Shown here piece by piece: positions 57,438 to 63,674 of a stretch of DNA of 64,000 nucleotides; the stretch's first letter is position 1, and the number at the start of each line of letters is the position of its first letter. The notes below the pieces were generated by a model. It was not told the origin of the DNA. It saw only the letters and a list, made by a program, of their open reading frames with translations, and searched no databases. Origin of the DNA: a virus (taxonomy: Duplodnaviria; Caudoviricetes); the IMG/VR virus record IMGVR_UViG_3300033074_001483, positions 1 through 64,000 of that record. The stretch is one strand, 5' to 3'. The translations under genes were made by a program, and so were the position numbers.

Positions 57438-57728
57438 TTTTTGTCGCAGCCGTAGCCGCAATTCTGTTCTATCTCTACATTTTTCTCAAGGTCAACCATA
57501 CGGTTGCCAAGTCCCTCACGGGATGCCTCAACCCGGGCTTTACAATGGGAAGCACTACCCTTTGCCCTGTTTGAGTTGCTGTTACTTTGTGGTGTTAACG
57601 AATGGTTTGCCCACGGTCAAGAGGGCGTCGGTAAAGACCCATTCTCCCAAACAGCTGCTTTACAGTTGCGAACTTCCTCTGGTTGCTCCTGTTCAGGCGG
57701 AACCAGCGTAGAGTCGCTTACGACAAAA
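57438..57728 (-). ncRNA. rnpB: RNase P RNA (compact, about 290 nt, reduced specificity domain)
   Basis: Manually mapped on the bacterial consensus: P1 TTTTGTCG/CGACAAAA, P2 CTCTAC/GTAGAG, P3 CTGGTT/AACCAG, P4 AG(T)TCGCAA/TTGCGGCT with bulged U after GAGGA and ACAGAA before the 3' strand, P5 CTGT/ACAG, J5/15 CAA, P15 CTCA/TGAG with L15 GGGT, P16 GGGC/GCCC, P6 AAGCA/TGCTT, P18-like hairpin. Confidence 0.88.
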
Positions 57729-57731
57729 TTC

Positions 57732-57775
57732 TCAAAGAACTGGTGGTACGATACCACACTTCGTCAAAATGTCAA
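57732..57775 (-). promoter_or_regulatory. Sigma70-like promoter plus boxA-like motif for the rnpB operon
   Basis: TTGACA-16-(TGG)TATCGT, then AGTTCTTTGAG 3 nt before P1. Confidence 0.6.
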
Positions 57776-57780
57776 CCTTT

Positions 57781-58137
57781 TTATGGGATGACTGCACCTT
57801 GCCCCGGTGCTGGAGGGGGAGTAACCACTGGTGGAGTTACAACTGGAGGCGTAACCACTGGTGGTTGAGTATTGACTCCTGTTTTATTCTCCAAAAATCG
57901 TCTTGCTGTATAAGTTCCACAGAGGACCAGAGTTACATAAACATATGGTTCTGGTACATCGGCAAGTTTGTCCGTTTTGAAAGTGACGTATCCGATAAGT
58001 GTCATAAAGAACACCATCCATATGAGAAACATCAGTCCTGTGCGGGACATTCTTCCTCGGTGGTCCAAGAGTAGTTCGATTGGTTTTGCCATATGTGATA
58101 AAAGTTGGTGCTGCCTATCAGATTCGAACTGATACAT
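57781..58137 (-). CDS. Two-TM membrane protein (holin-like) with a PPVVT-repeat tail
   Basis: Two hydrophobic helices and C-terminal (PPVVT)x3. Confidence 0.5.
   Translation of the reverse strand: MYQFESDRQHQLLSHMAKPIELLLDHRGRMSRTGLMFLIWMVFFMTLIGYVTFKTDKLADVPEPYVYVTLVLCGTYTARRFLENKTGVNTQPPVVTPPVVTPPVVTPPPAPGQGAVIP
57820..57866 (-). repeat. Three tandem 15-nt repeats encoding PPVVT
   Basis: Plus-strand ggagtaaccactggt/ggagttacaactgga/ggcgtaaccactggt. Confidence 0.8.
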
Positions 58138-58205
58138 TCTACCTTCTCAGGGTAGCGACTCCTTCCAGTTGGTCTAAGGCAGCGTTTGACTATCTATAAA
58201 TAGTT

Positions 58206-58562
58206 TTAGAACCCCTGTTCCGACTCACGAAATTTCTTGATGTCTTCTAGCAATCCTTCTCGGTCATCACGGTATTTCTGAATCATGTAGGCAAATCCCT
58301 CACGGTCTTCTTCCTCCACCATTTCTGTAACGAATCTGGCAATGTCTTCGTCGGAGGGTTGCCAGTCAAACTCTTCACAAACAGCGGCGATTTTGGTTCC
58401 CATCGGGGTCATGTTGAATGCACATTCTACAAGACCAAGCTTTTGAATTTGGTCAAGGTAATGGATAATCATCATTACCGAAATGGTTTGGGTTGGTTCT
58501 TCAAACACACCCTCTAACTTGAGGCGTTCGAGAATTGCCTTTACTGTTTCGTCAATTGTCAT
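58206..58562 (-). CDS. Acidic hypothetical protein
   Basis: 118-aa ORF with its own promoter. Confidence 0.65.
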   Translation of the reverse strand: MTIDETVKAILERLKLEGVFEEPTQTISVMMIIHYLDQIQKLGLVECAFNMTPMGTKIAAVCEEFDWQPSDEDIARFVTEMVEEEDREGFAYMIQKYRDDREGLLEDIKKFRESEQGF

Positions 58563-58574
58563 AGGAAATTTTAC

Positions 58575-58613
58575 CTTTCGGGAAGACTATAACATACATC
58601 TTCCCGAAAGTCA
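58575..58613 (-). promoter_or_regulatory. Sigma70-like promoter embedded in a perfect 12-bp inverted repeat
   Basis: TTGACT-17-TATAGT; CTTTCGGGAAGA (58575-58586) and TCTTCCCGAAAG (58599-58610) flank the -10 box. Confidence 0.6.
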
Positions 58614-58616
58614 AGG

Positions 58617-58988
58617 TTAAAACCAGAGCCAATCGGCGTCCTTCTTGAAGGTGGGCATTACAGCATCGTAGTCGCCTTGGCGGATTTTCGCCAAGACACG
58701 ACGCTCTTGTGCCTTGCGTTGTTTCCACAGAGTTTTACGGAAGTGTTTGGGAGCGTGATTCCAGTGTTTGTGAGTCCCATTTTCGATGGCACGGGCTTGA
58801 CGCTCAATGCTTTCGAAATGACTTTTGATTTGTTCCAAAGTATCCCACAATCGCACCCAGTAGTCACGGGGAGCAACGTCAATGCGATACGGACAGAGAG
58901 TCTCGTAGGGATGATTTTGGTTACGGATACGATTCCAGTGTTTGACACGGAAGCGTCGGTTGCGAATGTACTTGTTTTCAGTTCTCAT
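58617..58988 (-). CDS. Basic hypothetical protein
   Basis: 123-aa ORF, R/K/W-rich. Confidence 0.6.
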   Translation of the reverse strand: MRTENKYIRNRRFRVKHWNRIRNQNHPYETLCPYRIDVAPRDYWVRLWDTLEQIKSHFESIERQARAIENGTHKHWNHAPKHFRKTLWKQRKAQERRVLAKIRQGDYDAVMPTFKKDADWLWF

Positions 58989-59067
58989 TGGTTATGCGAA
59001 CCTACACCTTTATGATGTAAGTCACATACCAAAGAACATGAGTTGAGTTGTCATATACATAAGAAAT

Positions 59068-59145
59068 TGGTCGGAGTGATAGGATTTGAACCTACGACCT
59101 TCTGCTCCCAAAGCAGACGCACTAGCCAAGCTGTGCTACACTCCG
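59068..59145 (-). tRNA. tRNA-Pro(TGG)
   Basis: CGGAGTG/CACTCCG, TCTGC-TTTGGGA-GCAGA, TTCAAAT, CCA. TATTTATA motif 5 nt upstream. Confidence 0.93.
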
Positions 59146-59158
59146 TTGTCTATAAATA

Positions 59159-59506
59159 TCAGTACGGTCTTGGTTTAGTTTTACCATCAACAATTGTTAA
59201 AGTTCCTTTTATTTTTGGCAATTCTTCAACTAATCCACCTACCGAGACGAGCGATTCGTTTTCGATTTTCGCTTTCTCTTGCAAATTCTTCTCGTCACGA
59301 GCAATGGTTTCGTCGGCGAGTTTCTTGTATTCGTCGGGGAGAGACTCTCCAACAGCTTTAAGAACGTCTCTAGCGAACTCTGCGTCCTTCTGGAGCCTTT
59401 CTTTAACAAACTCTTGGGCGAGTTCGACCTTTTTGCGTTGCACTTCTTGTGCGATCCAAACGTTCTTGGCATTCAGTTTTCTCTTTGCTGATCTTAATCC
59501 ACCCAT
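59159..59506 (-). CDS. Coiled-coil hypothetical protein
   Basis: Start placed at MGGLRSAKRK to avoid a 170-nt overlap. Confidence 0.55.
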   Translation of the reverse strand: MGGLRSAKRKLNAKNVWIAQEVQRKKVELAQEFVKERLQKDAEFARDVLKAVGESLPDEYKKLADETIARDEKNLQEKAKIENESLVSVGGLVEELPKIKGTLTIVDGKTKPRPY

Positions 59507-59522
59507 AACTAATTCTTTCTCA

Positions 59523-59855
59523 TTACTTGTTTTTATTTTGCCCCTGTCCTTGCCCTTGCCCCTGACTTCCCGAGTTTTGGTTTCCACCACCCTGATTGCC
59601 GCCTTGATTCCCCTGATTTTCTTTGTCTTTCTTTTCCTTAATCTTTTTTCCATAGAAAAGACGACGAATCTTTTTCCATTCTTTTTCGTCATCGGTCAAC
59701 GGCTTCCCGTGCTTGACATCTGCTTCGATAAAAGAAGCAAGACTAGAAGATTCTGTAGTCATTACTTCTTCAGGGTCCAATGGACCAATGAAAGTAATAT
59801 CGAGAAATGCGTACTGCCTTGTCTCAATGAATTCTTGTGCTTGATCTTCTGTCAT
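59523..59855 (-). CDS. Hypothetical protein with a G/Q/N-rich tail
   Basis: Start placed at MTEDQAQ, just after the tRNA-Val CCA; tail NQGGNQGGG...QGQGQGQ. Confidence 0.55.
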   Translation of the reverse strand: MTEDQAQEFIETRQYAFLDITFIGPLDPEEVMTTESSSLASFIEADVKHGKPLTDDEKEWKKIRRLFYGKKIKEKKDKENQGNQGGNQGGGNQNSGSQGQGQGQGQNKNK

Positions 59856-59859
59856 AAAT

Positions 59860-59933
59860 TGGTGGGCCATGATGGTTACGCTCCATCGTCTCATCAGTGT
59901 CAGTGATGAATTCTACTATTAAACTAACAGCCC
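59860..59933 (-). tRNA. tRNA-Val(GAC), variant elbow
   Basis: GGGCTGT/ATGGCCC, CATCA-CTGACAC-TGATG, D-loop AATAGT, T-arm GATGG-AGCGTAA-CCATC, A73, CCA. Confidence 0.85.
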
Positions 59934-60005
59934 GTATTCCGTGATTAAAGCGGGTTCACGGAAAAAGAAACCATATCGCACGCCATAAGGCTGCGAGGAG
60001 CGACA

Positions 60006-60377
60006 TTAAGGAATGTCTCCGACCTTTAGCCACGTTGGGATAAACCCAATGTCATCAAGGACTCTTTTCTTGGTCTGGTTTATCACCGACTTGTAAACCC
60101 AATCGGGATACCCTTGACAATACTCACGAATCTCTTGAGGAAAGAACAAAGGACACTGCAATTGCCGATCCCACATTCCTTCTGACCAAAGTTTGATTTG
60201 AAGATTGACCGACTCTTTCCCTTCTTGGGCACGCTTCACTAAGTCCCATTCCCGTGTCGGCACCATCAATCCATTTTCCAAACAGAGAAAGCTATACATT
60301 CCACTTTCACCATTTGGTTCATTCGGAGGTAAAAATCCCGGATGACATTCAAAGAGCTTTGGGAAATTGATGTACAA
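60006..60377 (-). CDS. Hypothetical protein, start uncertain
   Basis: The frame stays open about 50 codons upstream of the TTG start (see findings). Confidence 0.55.
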   Translation of the reverse strand: MYINFPKLFECHPGFLPPNEPNGESGMYSFLCLENGLMVPTREWDLVKRAQEGKESVNLQIKLWSEGMWDRQLQCPLFFPQEIREYCQGYPDWVYKSVINQTKKRVLDDIGFIPTWLKVGDIP

Positions 60378-60489
60378 CTCCCAATTTTCAACAAATTCTT
60401 TTCTCTTAACCGCCCGATACTTCGGGAGATTAACAGGCTTTAGATTCCCTTGTCCTTCATTGCGTTTGGCATTGTCATAGCATCCTCCG

Positions 60490-60675
60490 TCATTTGTTTT
60501 GTTGATGTCGCAGTATGCGAAACACCGTACTAAGAATAATTACTATCGGCCACACCAAAACATTCAGTAACCAGAACGATATTCTCTCTTGCCAATTACC
60601 AAGGGGTGCCATTTCCATGTACAGCAAAAAACCCCATACTAACCCGACCAGTAAATAAAGGACGATGTATAGCAT
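60490..60675 (-). CDS. Small two-TM membrane protein
   Basis: Hydrophobic 61-aa ORF behind a TTGACA-17-TAGAGT promoter. Confidence 0.6.
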   Translation of the reverse strand: MLYIVLYLLVGLVWGFLLYMEMAPLGNWQERISFWLLNVLVWPIVIILSTVFRILRHQQNK

Positions 60676-60689
60676 GGGAGAACTCTACA

Positions 60690-60854
60690 CTATTTTGAAG
60701 TATCTGTCAAGTGCCATTTCTTGCACGCCTTACATCGGTAAGGGCGAAGACAAGCCCCGAAACCGCCAAGCGACTCTTGAAGGATGCGATGAATCTCCCG
60801 CATTACTTCTTCTTTGGAAGCGTACTCACGCTTTCCTTGGCAGTGGAACTTCAT
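60690..60854 (-). CDS. Small zinc-finger-like protein (54 aa; not in the ORF track)
   Basis: Manual translation MKFHCQGKREYASKEEVMREIHRILQESLGGFGACLRPYRCKACKKWHLTDTSK, with a Y.C..C..WHLT motif. Confidence 0.65.
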   Translation of the reverse strand: MKFHCQGKREYASKEEVMREIHRILQESLGGFGACLRPYRCKACKKWHLTDTSK

Positions 60855-60859
60855 GAATG

Positions 60860-60933
60860 TGGTAGGCGATATTGGAGTTGAACCAATGCCTGTTCTGTGT
60901 GAGAGAACTATTCTACCGTTATAATAATCGCCT
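60860..60933 (-). tRNA. tRNA-Val(CAC)
   Basis: AGGCGAT/ATCGCCT, GTTCT-CTCACAC-AGAAC, TTCAACT, CCA. Confidence 0.9.
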
Positions 60934-60937
60934 ATTG

Positions 60938-61234
60938 TTAGATTTTGACAAACTTACCGATGTTTCTTTCAATTGACTTCTTGGATTTGGGATCAAATCC
61001 CATTTCCCAACAATTGTCTTCGGCATCGGAATGACACCATAGAGATGGACTTCCCATTTCACCACCCGTATCAAAAATGACAACTTTCACTTTACTGCCA
61101 TCCTTGAGTTCCATCTCGTCTTTACATTCTCCCCAACAAATCATAAAGACATCAGCAAGTTTATGAATCTTGCGCTTCTTTACGAACTTCAATCCGAGGG
61201 ACTTCCAGTTTGTAACTAATTCTTGGTTTGTCAT
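60938..61234 (-). CDS. Hypothetical protein
   Basis: Start placed at MTNQELV, after the tRNA-Ser CCA. Confidence 0.6.
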   Translation of the reverse strand: MTNQELVTNWKSLGLKFVKKRKIHKLADVFMICWGECKDEMELKDGSKVKVVIFDTGGEMGSPSLWCHSDAEDNCWEMGFDPKSKKSIERNIGKFVKI

Positions 61235-61238
61235 AAAT

Positions 61239-61329
61239 TGGCGGTAGGCTGAGGTCACGCTCCCCACACCCGTCTAAGGGGTGCAATCACGTTAGCACCG
61301 TGTTCTGGGCCTCGCCCAGTTAACCTACC
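61239..61329 (-). tRNA. tRNA-Ser(GCT), non-canonical 8/4 fold
   Basis: GGTAGGTT/AGCCTACC 8-bp acceptor, D-arm CTGGG-CGAGG-CCCAG, loop GTGCTAA, long V-arm, T-arm GGGG-AGCGTGA-CCTC, G73, CCA. Confidence 0.83.
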
Positions 61330-61694
61330 AAAAACTGCGGTATTGTCGAAACACTTATTTGATTTCTTCCATCGAGAATGTTTGATGGAATGAGATACTT
61401 TTTCTCATCCCCATCTACAATGAATACCAAATCACAATCTTCTTTGGATAAATGTTTGATGTCCAACTTTTTTCCTCGTGTGTTACTTACGGTTCTCAAC
61501 TCAACATTATAAGTGTTGTGTTTGTTTTTCTTAAAGCACGTTTTTACTTGAACTCTAAGACACTTACCGTCCTTTTCCACAATCAAATCATAAGGTTGAC
61601 TATCAGATAGTGGAACTGCAACTGTATATTCCATTTTGAGGAAATACGCAATCGCATATCCAGTTCCAACATCACCTTGTTTTCGACTATTCAC
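61320..61694 (-). CDS. PD-(D/E)XK endonuclease (group I intron-associated type)
   Basis: KQGDVG...YDLIVEKDGKCLRVQVKT. Stop codon lies within the 5' end of tRNA-Ser(GCT). Confidence 0.85.
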   Translation of the reverse strand: MNSRKQGDVGTGYAIAYFLKMEYTVAVPLSDSQPYDLIVEKDGKCLRVQVKTCFKKNKHNTYNVELRTVSNTRGKKLDIKHLSKEDCDLVFIVDGDEKKYLIPSNILDGRNQISVSTIPQFLVG

Positions 61695-61820
61695 TTAAAT
61701 CGGTCCAGTATTTTCATATTGAAAACCTGTGTAAAAAGTCACGGATCAAGTTCGCCACAATTTCCTGCCTGTGGACTTAACCACTCAGCTCATGGTCGGT
61801 GTTGACCGAGTACCTCAGAT

Positions 61821-62078
61821 TCAACGAATGTATTTTGCTTTCTTTATTCGCTCAACACATTCAAATCCATATTCGTCTTGCCACTTTGCCGAAGCCGCCC
61901 ACATCGTTCTTACTTCTTCCAAAGTTGGTGGAGGCATTGCTCTCAACTTCGCCATTCGATCTTTCAACCATTGTGGTGCCCCAATAACCCATTCACCAAG
62001 TACCTTTGTCCATCGGTCTCGATGCTCACACTGGCAAAACCCCGGAATCAACCCGTGACATGTACCACATGTTTTCAT
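61821..62078 (-). CDS. Hypothetical protein with an N-terminal Cys cluster
   Basis: MKTCGTCHGLIPGFCQCEH. Confidence 0.55.
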   Translation of the reverse strand: MKTCGTCHGLIPGFCQCEHRDRWTKVLGEWVIGAPQWLKDRMAKLRAMPPPTLEEVRTMWAASAKWQDEYGFECVERIKKAKYIR

Positions 62079-62241
62079 GACATGCAACAAATAATTGCTG
62101 CCATCATCATTGCATCGTCAGAATCACGTCGGCGACGATCATCATCATCTTCATCTCGTTTGCGCTTACGCTCACATTCATCACATTCATTGCGATAGTT
62201 GAGATTTTTCACTTCTCGGTTGCATTTGTAGCACTTTTCAT
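62075..62241 (-). pseudogene. Small Cys/acidic ORF apparently frameshifted right after its ATG
   Basis: ATG at 62241 reads MKSATNATEK*, whereas the -1 frame reads KCYKCNRE...DDAMMMAAIICCMS. One A is missing from the ATGAAAA run. Confidence 0.4.
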
Positions 62242-62246
62242 AAATC

Positions 62247-62325
62247 TGGTGCGCTTGACAGGACTCGAACCTGTGATGATAAGTTGCGTGTAAAGCAACC
62301 GCCGTCGCCGCTGGGCCACAAGCGC
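62247..62325 (-). tRNA. tRNA-Val(TAC)
   Basis: GCGCTTG/CAAGCGC, GTTGC-TTTACAC-GCAAC, TTCGAGT, CCA; slightly enlarged variable loop. Confidence 0.9.
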
Positions 62326-62414
62326 ATTGTCGGGTATAAATATGCCACAAACTTCCAAAAAAGTCAAGCTGTTTCAGGGTTTAGACCACTACTTATAGTA
62401 GAGATGGTCTAAAT

Positions 62415-62834
62415 ATGAAACAGCAAAGCAATTGTTTATCTTGTAATTCCCTTATTGAGTATGATGACGGAAATGAGTACGGTCATTTTTGCAACAACCG
62501 CTGTCAACAAGAGTATCGGTATTTACACAATACGAAACCACGAATAGAAATGGGTAAGGTGTCCGAACGACATACCCTTAAAAGGTATCTAATTCGAGAG
62601 CGTGGAGAAAAATGTGTTATCTGTAACAATCTTCCTGTGTGGAATGGAATGCCCCTCTCATTGATTGTAGATCATATAGACGGAAATTCCGACAACCATT
62701 CCCCAATCAATCTTCGTTTAGTATGTCCTAACTGTAATTCTCAACTTCCAACTACAAAAAATAGGACAATGAAATCTGCGAAGCGAAACGTGTACCTGCG
62801 TAAGTATAAACAAACACACGAGGTTAGAAACTAA
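62415..62834 (+). CDS. HNH endonuclease, antisense between two tRNA genes
   Basis: CVICN...LIVDHIDGNSDNHSPINLRLVCPNCNSQ. Confidence 0.9.
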   Translation: MKQQSNCLSCNSLIEYDDGNEYGHFCNNRCQQEYRYLHNTKPRIEMGKVSERHTLKRYLIRERGEKCVICNNLPVWNGMPLSLIVDHIDGNSDNHSPINLRLVCPNCNSQLPTTKNRTMKSAKRNVYLRKYKQTHEVRN

Positions 62835-62837
62835 AAT

Positions 62838-62925
62838 TGGCGGTAGGCTGAGGTCACGCTCCCCACACCCTTTCAGGTGCGATCCGATTTCAAGTCGGTC
62901 CTGAGTCTCACTCAGTTAACCTACC
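62838..62925 (-). tRNA. tRNA-Ser(TGA), non-canonical 8/4 fold
   Basis: Same acceptor and T-arm as tRNA-Ser(GCT); D-arm CTGAG-TGAGA-CTCAG (compensatory changes); ACCGA-CTTGAAA-TCGGA; G73, CCA. Confidence 0.87.
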
Positions 62926-63043
62926 GTTTATTTGGGTCAATACAGTAAACGTCAAACATTCTTCCGTTAGGAAGACGAAAACGTATCACTCGTTCTTTCG
63001 ACTTCTCTTGTCTCCTAAACAGTGATTTGATCCATTTCATCAT
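62921..63043 (-). CDS. Small basic peptide (40 aa)
   Basis: MMKWIKSLFRRQEKSKERVIRFRLPNGRMFDVYCIDPNKR behind a composite TTGACT/TATATTTATA promoter; stop lies inside the tRNA 5' end. Confidence 0.45.
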   Translation of the reverse strand: MMKWIKSLFRRQEKSKERVIRFRLPNGRMFDVYCIDPNKR

Positions 63044-63078
63044 ATCTGTCTATAAATATACCACGTTCCCGATAAAAG

Positions 63079-63507
63079 TCAAGGAGAAGTTCTCAACTCT
63101 TTTGGAGGAACTGGTTTATCGTTCTTGTTGGTAATTGTGAACCCACATTTCGCTTCTTTAATGTAGGCGGTTTCCGTTCCGTCGGGATAAATGAATGTAT
63201 AGGCAGTGAAAATCTGGTTACTCAATACTAATCCATAAATCGGTATGCTGACGTAATTTGATACAGTTGATGGAACACAATTGTATTGGTCATACCCTGT
63301 GTATGGAGTAGAAGTAAAATTAGTCACCGCAACCGTTACACTATTGGTATATGTATTGGTTCTACTACCATAGTAAACACGAATGTATGCCGGAGGTTGC
63401 CCATCTTTGAGCGGAGCATTGTCAGGGTTCCATCTGAAAATAACCATTGCTGGATATGCTATGTAAATGGAGAGACATAGCACAAGCATCATGAATATCT
63501 TTTTCAT
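63079..63507 (-). CDS. Secreted FN3-like protein
   Basis: Signal peptide MKKIFMMLVLCLSIYIAYPA; W.PD...YIRVYYGSRTNTYTNSV resembles 51433..51780. Confidence 0.65.
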   Translation of the reverse strand: MKKIFMMLVLCLSIYIAYPAMVIFRWNPDNAPLKDGQPPAYIRVYYGSRTNTYTNSVTVAVTNFTSTPYTGYDQYNCVPSTVSNYVSIPIYGLVLSNQIFTAYTFIYPDGTETAYIKEAKCGFTITNKNDKPVPPKELRTSP

Positions 63508-63674
63508 TCATCTTTTTTGATTACTTCGTCCCGATAGTACCCGCACGGACACCACAGACGAATTGTGTTTTCTTTGTCAACTACCAAGTGTTCATCCCTT
63601 TTAGGGATTCGCCTACGTAATGGACCATGACATTTTGGGCAATGGTCATTGTTGAGAAAATACTGTTGCTCCAT
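63504..63674 (-). CDS. Small zinc-ribbon protein
   Basis: CPKC...WCPCGYY; TACTTATA motif upstream. Confidence 0.6.
   Translation of the reverse strand: MEQQYFLNNDHCPKCHGPLRRRIPKRDEHLVVDKENTIRLWCPCGYYRDEVIKKDE

Noticed and set aside
57600-57615. GGGCAAACCATTCG resembling a c-di-GMP-I riboswitch
   Set aside because: It lies inside the RNase P RNA and the rest of the riboswitch consensus is absent.
59043-59906. 287-aa plus-strand ORF and the many other plus-strand ORFs in the track (e.g. 1496-1939, 53457-53927, 57298-57711)
   Set aside because: They are antisense shadows of minus-strand genes or RNA genes, with no recognisable motifs or promoter signals. Only 50015-50458, 51925-52638 and 62415-62834 are accepted on the plus strand.
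61745-61797. tRNA-like fragment GACCATGAGCTGAGTGGTTAAG...
   Set aside because: Only a 5' acceptor strand and D-loop are recognisable; no T-arm, matching 3' acceptor strand or CCA nearby. At most a decayed remnant.
61239-62925. Selenocysteine tRNA identity for the long-D-stem tRNAs
   Set aside because: Anticodons are GCT and TGA rather than TCA, and the acceptor branch totals 12 bp (8/4), not the 13 bp (8/5) of bacterial tRNA-Sec.
53289-62925. tRNA-associated self-cleaving (HDV-like/theta or hammerhead) ribozymes
   Set aside because: All tRNAs encode CCA, and I could not build the nested pseudoknot or the CUGANGA/GAAA core from the trailers; a descriptor search would be needed to exclude them fully.
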